The notes under the pieces are model-generated. The model searched no databases, was not told the origin of the DNA, and was given only the letters and a program-made list of their open reading frames with translations. This document shows positions 1-9,759 of a stretch of DNA of 64,000 nucleotides, piece by piece (the first letter of the stretch is position 1; each line of letters begins with the position of its first letter). The DNA lies in assembly GCA_039028615.1 (NCBI GenBank), contig JBCCHT010000003.1, positions 384,001 to 448,000 on the forward strand. Reading direction: 5' to 3'. Position numbers and translations under genes: made by a program. This DNA is from Myxococcota bacterium. Its GTDB lineage: Bacteria > Myxococcota_A > Polyangia > Nannocystales > Nannocystaceae.

Positions 1-1
1 C

Positions 2-247
2 GGTGAGCGCGCGGATTTGGCAGGCGGTGCTCAGGCGGGGGTCGTCACAGGTGGGCAGGGGCGTGGGGTCGATCTCGAAATCGAAGCCCACGCGCTGGCG
101 GTGGAGGGTGGCCAGGGTCGGCTCGAGATCGCCGGGGGCGGTGCGAAACGAGACGATTGCGGTGGCACCGCTCTTGGCGGCGTCGAGGTGGTAGAGCACG
201 AACCGAGGAGTCGGCTCGATGTGAGTGATGTGGAAGACGTCGGTCAT
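2..247 (-). CDS. Hypothetical protein, partial (runs off left edge)
   Basis: ATG at 247 opens a stop-free frame MTDVFHITHIEPTPRFVLYHLD... to the window edge, with mostly G/C third positions; absent from the ORF track because it has no stop. Confidence 0.5.
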   Translation of the reverse strand, partial: MTDVFHITHIEPTPRFVLYHLDAAKSGATAIVSFRTAPGDLEPTLATLHRQRVGFDFEIDPTPLPTCDDPRLSTACQIRALT

Positions 248-319
248 GGTCCGGGGCGGGTGGCAGGCGCTTCCGTGGGGGTGTCTCCCAGTGTGGTGGG
301 TATCGGGTGCCGCGTGGTC

Positions 320-1123
320 TTAAGGTTGGCTTAATTCGAGCGGGCCGAGTGAAAGGGTCTCGAAGGCGGGCAGCTGCAGCCCAAAGGCTCGGTGTGCGGC
401 CAGGCGGGTCGCGGCCGGGTCTCCCGTGGTCACGAAGCGCTGCGTGGCGGGGCCCTCGGGGGTCGGGCTGGCCGCCCAGTGCCGCTCCATCCAGTCGAGG
501 GTCTCGGTGGCGGGGTCGATGACGGTGCGCAGGCGGGGCAGCAGCGCCTCGATGGCGGGCTGGGCTGCGCAGTAGTGCGTACATGCGAGCACCAGGTGCT
601 CCGTGTCGTGCACCGGTCCCAAGATCTCGCGCAGGCATGCCTCGAGCTCGGGTCCCTCGGTGAGGCCGCGCTCGATCAACGCCGACAGGGGCTGGGCGAC
701 ACGCGAGGTGACGCGGCATCCACCGGCCTGCAGGGGCTGCGCGTAGGCTCCCGATTCGATCGTGCGCCGACCGCCGATGACCAGCACCTCGTCGAGCCCT
801 CGACGCTGGATCGCTTCGACCGTAGGCCTGATCACGCCGATCACTTCGCACGCGCGCGCTCGGGCGGCGGCGTGGAGCTCGGGATCGTCGAGGATGCTGC
901 TGGCCGCGTTGCAGGCCACCACCACCTGGGAGCAGCCCGCATCGGCCAGGCGCCCCACCACCGACTGCACCCGGCGAGCGAGGTCGGTGGCGGACAGCGT
1001 GCCGTAGGGAGCGGAGCCGGAGTCGGCCCAGTACATCACGGGGCGAGTCGAGCCGCGGGCGCGGAGCTTGGCGAAGGTATCGAGGCCGCCGATGCCCCAG
1101 TCCACGATTCCCAGCATGCTCAT
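320..1123 (-). CDS. murI: Glutamate racemase family protein
   Basis: DWGIGG, PYG, VACNAAS and LACTHY motifs (two catalytic Cys); start MSMLG overlaps the upstream stop (ATGA 1120-1123). Confidence 0.85.
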   Translation of the reverse strand: MSMLGIVDWGIGGLDTFAKLRARGSTRPVMYWADSGSAPYGTLSATDLARRVQSVVGRLADAGCSQVVVACNAASSILDDPELHAAARARACEVIGVIRPTVEAIQRRGLDEVLVIGGRRTIESGAYAQPLQAGGCRVTSRVAQPLSALIERGLTEGPELEACLREILGPVHDTEHLVLACTHYCAAQPAIEALLPRLRTVIDPATETLDWMERHWAASPTPEGPATQRFVTTGDPAATRLAAHRAFGLQLPAFETLSLGPLELSQP

Positions 1124-2427
1124 GGGTACCGCATCTGGGTGATCTCGGCGCGGGCAAAGGGCCCGCTGTCGAACGCGATCACCCGGGCGCGACGCCCATA
1201 GTTGATGGTGTCCAGCTGCCCGTGGGGGAAGCGGCTGCCGAGGTACCACTGGTACTCGTGCAGGGCTCGCATGGGGTTGTAGCGCAGCATGTCCTGCCAG
1301 GCTGCGGTGCGGACCATGGCCGCGAGGTTGCGGCGGTAGCCCGGCACCCGGCGTCCGTGGAGCTCACTGCGGAGCTTGTCGAAGGCCATGCGGGGGAGGT
1401 GCCGGGGTTCGATGGGCTTGTCGACCATGTCCACCACCAGCAGGCGCCCGCCCGGTCGCATCACGCGGGCCAGCTCCGACATCAGCGGGTCCCAGTCGAG
1501 ATAGCGAAACGAGAGCATCGAGATCGCGACGTCGATGCTGGCGTCGTCGACCGGGAGCTGGGGTCCGTCGATTGCCTGGAAGCGAAGGTTGGGTACGGAG
1601 GCCCAGCGCTCACGCGCGCGGTCGACCATGGCGGGGGAGGCATCGAGGCCGTGCCCGTGGGCGATGCGCGGGGCGAGGCGGGCGAGCAGCGAACCATTGC
1701 CGCAGCCGAGCTCGAGCACCCGGGGAGCAGCGGCCGCGCCCCGCAGGCGAGCTTCGAGCCAGGCCACCTCGTCGTGACGCACCGCGATGTCGGCAAAGAC
1801 CTCGTCGTAGTCCCCGGCGACTGCGTCGTAGCTGGCGGCCGTGCCCACGTCGTCGGGGTCGAAGCTGCGCAGGGGCTCGGCCGGCATGGCGCCGAGGTAC
1901 TTGCGCAGCGATGCGACGCGCCCGTGGGACTTGTTGCCCGGGCACCCGAACACGTACAGCGGCTCGCTCGGGTGGCGCCACGGGGCGGGCCAGCGGAAGC
2001 GATCGCGGCGGGTCGAGAACGCGGTGTACCAGTGATAGCCGTGGCTGCGGACCCCGAGCGTGCGGGCGAAGAAGGGCGCGAACCAACGGGCGGAGCGGCA
2101 CGCGTGGAAGTAGGCCTCGGCCTGGGGCGCGAACGGGATCGACAGCGTGCGCCACTCGTGCGGTGAGAACTGCTCGGGCCAGCGAGTGGTGCCGAACATG
2201 GGGCCGTACATGCCCGCGTGCAGCACGAAGTGCAGCTGGTCGATCGACGCGCCCGCCTCCGCGATGCTGGCGAAGATGCGGCGTACCTCGGCCTTGCTCT
2301 CGACTCGCTCACACCGCACGGGCGTGGGGGCGTGGGCGGCCCGCAGCTGTCGCGCGAGCGTCTGCGCCGCGCGTTGGAAGCTGGGTCCGCCTTCGCGGTA
2401 GCGGGTGGTGTAGACGATGAGGATCAC
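1120..2427 (-). CDS. Class I SAM-dependent methyltransferase with an extra N-terminal domain
   Basis: VLELGCGNG motif I and GLDAS motif in the C-terminal half; GTG start VILIVYTT chosen at 2427. Confidence 0.8.
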   Translation of the reverse strand: MILIVYTTRYREGGPSFQRAAQTLARQLRAAHAPTPVRCERVESKAEVRRIFASIAEAGASIDQLHFVLHAGMYGPMFGTTRWPEQFSPHEWRTLSIPFAPQAEAYFHACRSARWFAPFFARTLGVRSHGYHWYTAFSTRRDRFRWPAPWRHPSEPLYVFGCPGNKSHGRVASLRKYLGAMPAEPLRSFDPDDVGTAASYDAVAGDYDEVFADIAVRHDEVAWLEARLRGAAAAPRVLELGCGNGSLLARLAPRIAHGHGLDASPAMVDRARERWASVPNLRFQAIDGPQLPVDDASIDVAISMLSFRYLDWDPLMSELARVMRPGGRLLVVDMVDKPIEPRHLPRMAFDKLRSELHGRRVPGYRRNLAAMVRTAAWQDMLRYNPMRALHEYQWYLGSRFPHGQLDTINYGRRARVIAFDSGPFARAEITQMRYP

Positions 2428-2549
2428 GCTGGCGGCCTGTGGATACGCCTGAGCGCGGGAGTTCGTTCCGCATCGTCGAGTATCCCACCCTCGGGACGAA
2501 TCGAGGGTATTGCGGAAACCCCGCAGGCTCCGGCGGTGACCAACCAGGA

Positions 2550-3581
2550 GTGCGGACGGAGCAGCAGCGGAGACGCTGGGGTCGGCTCGCTCTGTGGTTG
2601 TTTCCGTGGGTGCTGACCGCGGTGTTCGCCGCGGGCATGCATCTGTCGCGGGACGAGCCGGAGCCGGAGGACCCGTGGAAAATCGTGCCCATGATCCCGC
2701 AGCACGAGCTGGTGGTGCGGAAGTTCGACGAGGCCATGGGCTCGCTCGAGCACCTGTCACCCAAGGAGCAGCGGGCGTTCGAGTACACCAATCACTTCGC
2801 GCCCGTACCCATCGCGCGGCCGGACGATTGGCTGAGCTTCCACCCCGAGCCGGGGCAGTCGGTCTACGCCTACGTGCAGTCGCGGCCCAACCGCCCCGAT
2901 CCGCCGAACGACCAGATCTACATCCTCCCGCTGGGGCCGCTGCCGGCCGAGCGCGGGCCCACCGTCGAAGAGCTCGCGCAGTACGGGCAGGCGTTCTTCA
3001 ATCGCGAGGTCGTGGTGCTCGATACCCGCAGCGTCGAGTCACTCGACGTGCCCACGCGGGAGCAAGGCGGCGTGCGCCAGCTCGATGCGGGCGCGGTGCT
3101 CGACGTGCTCCGCACCGAGCTGCCTCGCGATGCCTACTGCCTCATCGCGGTGACCTTCGAGGATCTCTATCCCAACGAGAAGTACAACTACGTGTTCGGC
3201 CTCGCCCGGCTCCACCAGCGGGTCGGGGTGTTCAGCTTTGCGCGCTACCACCCCGCGTTCTTCGGCGAGCGCTTCGGCATCGATCGGCGCCTGGTGGTGC
3301 GGCGGGCCCTCAAGGTCATGAGCCACGAAATCGGCCACATGTTCGGCCTCGAGCACTGCATCTACCTGCACTGCAACATGAACGGGGTCAATCACCTGGC
3401 CGAGCTCGACCGGGCGCCCATGCACCTGTGCCCGGTGTGCCTGCGCAAGCTCCATCTCATGCTCGGGTTCTCGCCGCCGCGCCGCTACGGGGCACTCTCG
3501 GAGATCTACGAGCGCCTCGGCCTCGACAGCGAGGCCGACTGGGCGGTGCAGCGCCAGGTATTCCTCGAGCGAGGCGGCTGA
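2550..3581 (+). CDS. Archaemetzincin-family Zn metalloprotease with N-terminal TM helix
   Basis: HEIGHMFGLEHC...CNMN...LCPVC (HExxHxxGxxH plus Cys4 site); start uncertain (2439 or 2550). Confidence 0.85.
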   Translation: MRTEQQRRRWGRLALWLFPWVLTAVFAAGMHLSRDEPEPEDPWKIVPMIPQHELVVRKFDEAMGSLEHLSPKEQRAFEYTNHFAPVPIARPDDWLSFHPEPGQSVYAYVQSRPNRPDPPNDQIYILPLGPLPAERGPTVEELAQYGQAFFNREVVVLDTRSVESLDVPTREQGGVRQLDAGAVLDVLRTELPRDAYCLIAVTFEDLYPNEKYNYVFGLARLHQRVGVFSFARYHPAFFGERFGIDRRLVVRRALKVMSHEIGHMFGLEHCIYLHCNMNGVNHLAELDRAPMHLCPVCLRKLHLMLGFSPPRRYGALSEIYERLGLDSEADWAVQRQVFLERGG

Positions 3582-4183
3582 AGGTCGCCGCCCCGTCGGT
3601 TCGGCGGTTACTCGTTTTGGAGGGGATACAGCGAGGGGTGCTCGTCCCCGCGGGCGAGCGTGCGATCGGGGAACGTCGGCCCCCACCAGGTCGGGCTGGC
3701 CTCCGTGTGGGTCCCGAGACCATCGCGTCGCGGATTCGCTCCCCGTGACATCACTCGCTGAGCGTCGGGCCTCATACCCGGTCGCGGTGGGCGCGACCCG
3801 AACGCCGGCAGACTGGACGCCGGGCATGGGGCGAGCGAGGCGGCGAGCGTGATTGTGGACTTCGTCGATCCACATGGCGTTCGTCAATGGAGCGCGACTC
3901 CAATGGTGCCGTCGCGGTGTCACTTCTTCGTCTCGTGATCGATTCGCGATCGATCGAATCGAAGGGCCGAATCGGCGCGACGCAATCGACCTCGATGATC
4001 AGTCGAGCGAGATGCCAACGAAACGAACACGACCCTGTGCATGCGTTCCAGCGGCCGGTACGTGGCCGTTCGTGGAGGATTCGTTCCTTCGGATGGTGTG
4101 CGCTCGACATCGATCGTCGTGCGCGTTTCTTTGTCGGGCGGCATCCGATTCCCGGACGGGCGTGCAGCTTCTAGCGTGGGGTC

Positions 4184-4867
4184 ATGGGGTCGCATTCGCG
4201 GCCGGGGTCCGCGGGACCTCGGCCTCGTGTCGTCGTGGTCGGCGGTCACCGCTCGTTGGTGGTCGACGAAGGCTGGTGGCCGTTGCTCGATGCCCTACGA
4301 AAACAGCAGGGCTTCGATCGGGTTTGGCATGGTGCGCGAGGCGGGGCCGATCACGGGGTCGCGGCGTGGGCCGAGGCACGAGGTATGGAGGTGGTCGCGT
4401 TCCCGGCTCCCGTCGAGCTGTATCGGGCCTCGGGGCTGTCCGAGTCCGAGGCCGAGCTGCGACGCAACGACGACATGCTGCGAGCGTGGGGGGGCTACCG
4501 AGAGCGCGGCGGCTCGATCGTCCCGTGTGCTCGAGCCGGTGGTTTTGCTCAGATGGTGCTGGCGCTCGCCCCTGACGACGACACTCGTGATCTGGTGGAC
4601 CGCGCCCGACAGTGGCGATCGTTGCGGGTGATCGAGCTATGGCCGCCGCGAAGGCAGTGGCGGGTCCGAGGTCCGCGGGTGGACGCGGAGCTCACGACGC
4701 TGGGTGACGTGGTGGTGGAGGCCGACCTGCCCTTGCGCTGGGCGGTGGGCCAGACGCGGGCGCAGCTCCGCCAGAACTTCGCCCGTCGGGGCTGGCGGGC
4801 GCACGGCATCGGTGTGCCGTGCCACCAAAGCGAAGGGCCGCGCCCTCGAGAGGACGCGGCCCAGTAG
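4184..4867 (+). CDS. SLOG superfamily (YspA/DUF2493-like) protein
   Basis: VVVVGGHRS...VWHGARGGAD...AWAEARG pattern typical of DUF2493/SLOG; extra C-terminal domain. Confidence 0.6.
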   Translation: MGSHSRPGSAGPRPRVVVVGGHRSLVVDEGWWPLLDALRKQQGFDRVWHGARGGADHGVAAWAEARGMEVVAFPAPVELYRASGLSESEAELRRNDDMLRAWGGYRERGGSIVPCARAGGFAQMVLALAPDDDTRDLVDRARQWRSLRVIELWPPRRQWRVRGPRVDAELTTLGDVVVEADLPLRWAVGQTRAQLRQNFARRGWRAHGIGVPCHQSEGPRPREDAAQ

Positions 4868-4869
4868 TC

Positions 4870-4888
4870 CGGCCCCACGCGGGGGCCG
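4870..4888. terminator. GC hairpin between convergent genes
   Basis: cggcccc-acgcg-ggggccg inverted repeat between stops at 4867 (+) and 4902 (-). Confidence 0.4.
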
Positions 4889-4901
4889 AGGCGCCGACTC
4901 C

Positions 4902-6476
4902 TTACGGAGCGGGCGGGAAGTCGACGACGGCGACGTCGTCGACCAGCAGCACGAACTGGTCGCTGCTGTTGTTACGCCAGGCGAGGTAGACCGTCTGGTC
5001 GGCGTAGCCCTCGTCGGAGAGGTTGACGGTGCGGAAGGTGTAGTCCGCGCCCGCGTTCTCGGCGGGGATGGTGAACAGCGCGTCGTTGGCCTCGAAGTCC
5101 GCGATGTCCGGGCCGGCGGTCGAGATGCGAACCTCGTAGCCGTCGGGGAAGGCCGGGTCCTGAGCCCGTGCACGCCACTGCAGCTGCGCGTTGGGGCCGA
5201 TCATGATCGGCGGCGAGATCAGCCAGTCGTCAGCGGCGCCCGCGGGGTCGTACCACGAGTTGCTGTAGGCCGCGTAGTTGGTGCCCGCGCCGGCGTAGAA
5301 GGCGTCGGTCACGACCCACGCGTCGTTGATGAAGTTGACGGCCTCCGCGGCGGGCTGTCCGTCGACGTCGATCAGGGTCCAGCCCGCGCCGAAGCTGGCG
5401 GTCTGGAAGTTGTCGAAGAACTGGGTGTCGCCGGCCGGCCAGGCACACCAGGAGTCGTCGATGCACTCCATGCCGTCGGGGCAGGCCGAGCCCTTGGCCG
5501 AGCAGTCGAGGTAGCACGCGTTGTCGCCACCCATGCCGGTCGGATCGGCGCAGGCCACCACGGCGTCGCCGGTCGCGGGCGCTGCGAAGCTGCAGTCGTC
5601 CACGGTCGTGCACAGGGTCTCGGCGCAGACCGACCAGGTCGCGGGGACCATCATGCCGTCGCCGTCTTGGAGGCAGCCCTGGTCGCCGGGGCAGTTGAAG
5701 CCGGTCAGGCTGCAGTTGAGGAAGCCACCCGGGTCGGGCTGCGGCACGGGCGATGCACAGAGGAAGCCAGCGACGCAGTTCATGCCCGCGGGACAGGTCT
5801 CGTCCATCTCGCAGCTGAGGTAGCAGTCGTTCATCATGTCATCGGTGATGTCCGCGCAGGTGACGGTGGCATCGCCGGTGTCGGGCGGCTCCGGGCAGTC
5901 GCAGGCCTCGGTGCATTCCTGGGCCGCGCACACGGTGATCGTGGGCGGGTCGGCATCCTGAACGCAGATCGAGCCCTCGGCGCAGAGCGTGACGTCGGCC
6001 GCGCCCGAGGCATCGGCACAGGAGTCGTAGTTGCCTTCGCCCCAGCCGGCGGGACAGGGGCCCTCGTCGGGGATGCACTCGGCGGTGCAGTCACAGGGGT
6101 CGGAGCCCTCGGGACAGGCACACGTCTCGCCCTCGGCACACTCGGCCTCGCAGTTGGGCTCGGGCGCGTCGAAGCACAGACCCTCGACGCAACACTCGTT
6201 GTCGCCGCACGCGGGGTCGCACATGGGCGGCTCTTCGGTGTCGCCCTCGGTCGCGGTGGTGGTGGCCGGGGGGTCGTCGGTATCGACCGGATTCTCGGTG
6301 GTCGTGTCGTCGCCCGGGGGAGTCGGGGTGGTGTCGACGCCGGTCGTGGTGTCGACGGGGTTTCCGGTGGTGTCGTCGTTGGCACCGGTGGTGTCGCCGG
6401 TGTCGTCACCCGGGCAACCGGTCAACGCCAACGCTCCGATCACGAGCGGGGCCGCTGCGTATTTGAAATTAATCAT
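4902..6476 (-). CDS. Cys-rich lipoprotein with C-terminal choice-of-anchor J / cleaved-adhesin domain
   Basis: Lipobox LTGC after MINFKYAAAPLVIGALA; Thr/Asp linker; duplicated Cys module; C-terminal WTLIDVDG...DDWLISP...YEVRIST...YLAWRN...VDDV. Confidence 0.8.
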   Translation of the reverse strand: MINFKYAAAPLVIGALALTGCPGDDTGDTTGANDDTTGNPVDTTTGVDTTPTPPGDDTTTENPVDTDDPPATTTATEGDTEEPPMCDPACGDNECCVEGLCFDAPEPNCEAECAEGETCACPEGSDPCDCTAECIPDEGPCPAGWGEGNYDSCADASGAADVTLCAEGSICVQDADPPTITVCAAQECTEACDCPEPPDTGDATVTCADITDDMMNDCYLSCEMDETCPAGMNCVAGFLCASPVPQPDPGGFLNCSLTGFNCPGDQGCLQDGDGMMVPATWSVCAETLCTTVDDCSFAAPATGDAVVACADPTGMGGDNACYLDCSAKGSACPDGMECIDDSWCAWPAGDTQFFDNFQTASFGAGWTLIDVDGQPAAEAVNFINDAWVVTDAFYAGAGTNYAAYSNSWYDPAGAADDWLISPPIMIGPNAQLQWRARAQDPAFPDGYEVRISTAGPDIADFEANDALFTIPAENAGADYTFRTVNLSDEGYADQTVYLAWRNNSSDQFVLLVDDVAVVDFPPAP

Positions 6477-6681
6477 CTGAAAGTCGTCCCTTCGTCTCTC
6501 TTTGAGCTCCGCTGCCACACAGGCTTTGGAACCTGGCCAGAGTAAGCCAGGCAGCCTGCGCTTCCAAGGACGCGACCGGCCCGGTGCGACGGTGTGAGAG
6601 GGCCCACCTTCGCCCACAAAAGGCCGCGCGAGGTTTGGTCCTAGGGCATGAGGGACCTTGGCCCCAGCGCGGCGTCGTGCG

Positions 6682-9600
6682 ATGTCAGACCCTCGCATGG
6701 CGAGCCATCCGATCCGTCGCCGATATCTCGTCGAGTCCCTGATTCGACAGCGGCGAGCCGATGAACAGCCGCGCTATGTCGCGTCTCAGAGAGCGGGGCG
6801 TATCGACCCCAACCCGCACCAGATCGATGCCGTGATCTTTGCCCTCCAGCGGATCCCGGAGGGGGGATGCATCCTGGCCGACGAAGTGGGCCTCGGCAAG
6901 ACGATCGAGGCCGGATTGGTCATCGCGCAACGTCGCGCCGAAGGAGCACGGCGAATCCTACTCATCACGCCAAAGCCGCTGATGGGGCAGTGGGGCCACG
7001 AATTGTGGACGCTATTTGGAATCGAGACCGAGGAGATCGGCGCCGATACGGATCTGCGAAGGCCGGGTGTGTACCTGATTGGGCGCGAGCAAGCCGGGGG
7101 CGAAAGAGGCGCAGATCGGTTGTTGCAGGTCGCGCCTTTCGATTTGTGTGTCATCGACGAGGCCCACGAGATTTTTGCCGGGCTCTACAAACGCTATGAC
7201 CGACATGGTCGTTTTCGTCGTCGCGGGCGACAGGCTCGCATGGCGGCCCGCGTCAAGCGGGCGTTGGCCGACACCCCCGTACTCTTACTGACCGCGACCC
7301 CCATCCAGAACTCCCTGACGGAGCTTTGGGGGTTGGTCCAGTACGTCGAGCCGACGGGGACTCTCCTCGGTGATTTACCCACATTCCGCAGCCTCTTTTG
7401 CGCGGGAGATGATCGCAATCTGCGACAAGGCCAGGACGAGGAATTGCGTCGTCGGGTGGCCACCGTGTGTCAGCGGACGCTGCGGCGGCAAGCGCAGGCG
7501 TTCATGAAGCGTCCCTTTGTCGACCGCCAGGCGCGGCTGTTCGAGTACAGCATGGGGCCGGAGCAGCGGTCGCTATACGAGGACGTCACCCGCTACCTGC
7601 TGAAGCCCGACCTGTGCGCGTTTCGGGGCGGGCAGCGGCGCCTGCTCTTGCTCGGGTTTCACCGCCGCATGGCGTCCTCGCTCGAGGCCCTGGCGTCGAG
7701 CTTGGAGACCGTGGCCGGGCGCTTGCGCACCATGCTGCTGCCCGCGGTCGGTCGGGGAAAACGCCGCGACGATCAGACGCTCGCGTTGTTCGGCGCATCG
7801 GTGGCGCCGGCCGAGACTCGCGACGATCTCCAGCAGTTCACGGCCGATCTCGAGGACGAGGAGCGCGAGCAGATCGGGACCGACGACGACGAGCTCGACG
7901 AGGAGGAGCGCGAAGCCGCGAGCGATCCGGTCGAGCTCGACGAGGCCGACGCCACGCTGCCCGACACCAAGGTGCGGCGCGAGCTCGCTCTGGTCGAAGA
8001 CTTCATCGCGCGGGCGCGGTCGTGCCCGGCCGACGCCAAGCTCTCGCAGCTGATCCAGGCGTTGCGCCTCGCCATCGCTCGACCCGAGGGCACGGGCAAG
8101 GCGGTCATCTTCACCGAGTCGCTCGCCACCCAGGACTACCTACGCCGCAGCCTCATCGAGGACGGGGTGGTGAGCGACCAGGAGATCACGCTCTTCCGCG
8201 GCACCAACACCGGGCCCCGCGTGCAGGAGGCACTCACCCGCTGGACGGACGAGGTGGGCGACTCCACGCCGGGCGCCTCGCCCAGCCGCAACGTCGCGGT
8301 ACGACTGGCCCTGGTCCACGAGTTCGCCACCCGGTCCCGCGTGCTCATCTCCACCGAGGCGGGGGCCAAGGGGCTCAACCTGCAGTTTTGCGACACGGTG
8401 GTCAACTACGACTTGCCCTGGAATCCGCAGCGGATCGAGCAGCGAATCGGTCGCTGCCATCGCTACGGGCAGACGCGGGGCGTCACCGTGATCAACTTCC
8501 TCAACCGCGACAACGCGGCGCAGCGCCTCACCTTCGAGATCTTGAGCCGCAAGCTCGATCTGTTCGGCACCGTGCTCGATGCCTCCGACGTGGTGCTGCA
8601 CGAGCCGGGCAGCCTCGCCCCCGAGACCCTGGCCGGGGCGCTGGGCATGGACTTCGAGGCTCAGCTGCGGAGCATCTACGAGCGGGCGCGGAGCGTGGAG
8701 GAGATCGAGGCCGACCTCGCGGCGCTCCGCGACGACATGACGGGCAAGCGCGACGAGTTCGAGGACACCTATCGCCGCACGGCGGGGCTGATCGAGAGCC
8801 GGCTCGACGAGACGGTCCGCGGCAGCTTCGCCCACCTGCAGAGCCGGCTCTCCGGGGGCCTGGCCGAGTTCGATGCCCAGCTCGCCGGGGTGCTCCAGCG
8901 CTATCTCCAGGCCATCGAGGCGCCCTACGAGGTGGTCGACCAGGGGGCGGCGCAGCGCTACGAGGTCGAGGCTTGCCCCGCGCTGCCCGAGGATTTTCGG
9001 CAGGGCGTCTCGGTGCTCGTGGGCCCGCGTGGTCCCGACGACGAGGCATCGGTCGAGCGCCTGCACCTCGGCCATGCGCTGCTGCAGGCGGCGGTGCGCG
9101 AGGCGAGAGCGGCGACTCGCGATCCCTTCGTGGTCAATGCCGACCCGTGCGATCACCCCGGGCTCGTCGAGCATCGCGGGCAGCGGGGGCGCATGGTCTT
9201 GCTGATGATCACCTACGAGGGCTTCGAACCGGTGGAGAGCCTGTGCCCGGTCGCCCTGATGGAAGACGGCCGCGTGCTGTCGGTGGACGCGGCCGAGCAC
9301 CTGCTCTCCCACGCCGCGCTCGAGGACCTGCCGCAGCTCGAGCCCGCGCTGACCCTCGATGCGCTCGACCTCGACGACGCCGTCGAGGAGCGGCAGTTTC
9401 TCGATCGCGCCGCCATCGAGCCCCACGAGCGGGGGCGGCTGGCCGAGGCCCTCGATCGCATCGAGCGGCACATGGACGATCGGGTCATGGTCTGGGAGCA
9501 GCGTCGGGACGAGCTGACGGCCCGGGTCGAGCGCGCCCGGACCCGTCGAGATGCCGCTGCTGGCGCGGCGGCGCGGGAGCGCGCGGAGACCGAGCTTCGC

Positions 9601-9759
9601 CTCCAGGAAGAGGAGCGACAGGCGGCTACGGACGAGATCTCGCGGCTTCGGGCCCGAGATGACGAAGACTACGAAACCTGGCGCCTCGGCGCCCTCCAGC
9701 GGCGATACAACGTCCCTCGCACCGCCCGGATCCTCGACGTGGAGTTCAGCATCCAATGA
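6682..9759 (+). CDS. SNF2-family (SF2) helicase with long C-terminal extension
   Basis: PHQ, LADEVGLGKT, IDEAH, LTATP, VIFTES, STEAGAKGLNLQ and EQRIGRCHR motifs; start 6682 or 6697. Confidence 0.92.
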   Translation: MSDPRMASHPIRRRYLVESLIRQRRADEQPRYVASQRAGRIDPNPHQIDAVIFALQRIPEGGCILADEVGLGKTIEAGLVIAQRRAEGARRILLITPKPLMGQWGHELWTLFGIETEEIGADTDLRRPGVYLIGREQAGGERGADRLLQVAPFDLCVIDEAHEIFAGLYKRYDRHGRFRRRGRQARMAARVKRALADTPVLLLTATPIQNSLTELWGLVQYVEPTGTLLGDLPTFRSLFCAGDDRNLRQGQDEELRRRVATVCQRTLRRQAQAFMKRPFVDRQARLFEYSMGPEQRSLYEDVTRYLLKPDLCAFRGGQRRLLLLGFHRRMASSLEALASSLETVAGRLRTMLLPAVGRGKRRDDQTLALFGASVAPAETRDDLQQFTADLEDEEREQIGTDDDELDEEEREAASDPVELDEADATLPDTKVRRELALVEDFIARARSCPADAKLSQLIQALRLAIARPEGTGKAVIFTESLATQDYLRRSLIEDGVVSDQEITLFRGTNTGPRVQEALTRWTDEVGDSTPGASPSRNVAVRLALVHEFATRSRVLISTEAGAKGLNLQFCDTVVNYDLPWNPQRIEQRIGRCHRYGQTRGVTVINFLNRDNAAQRLTFEILSRKLDLFGTVLDASDVVLHEPGSLAPETLAGALGMDFEAQLRSIYERARSVEEIEADLAALRDDMTGKRDEFEDTYRRTAGLIESRLDETVRGSFAHLQSRLSGGLAEFDAQLAGVLQRYLQAIEAPYEVVDQGAAQRYEVEACPALPEDFRQGVSVLVGPRGPDDEASVERLHLGHALLQAAVREARAATRDPFVVNADPCDHPGLVEHRGQRGRMVLLMITYEGFEPVESLCPVALMEDGRVLSVDAAEHLLSHAALEDLPQLEPALTLDALDLDDAVEERQFLDRAAIEPHERGRLAEALDRIERHMDDRVMVWEQRRDELTARVERARTRRDAAAGAAARERAETELRLQEEERQAATDEISRLRARDDEDYETWRLGALQRRYNVPRTARILDVEFSIQ

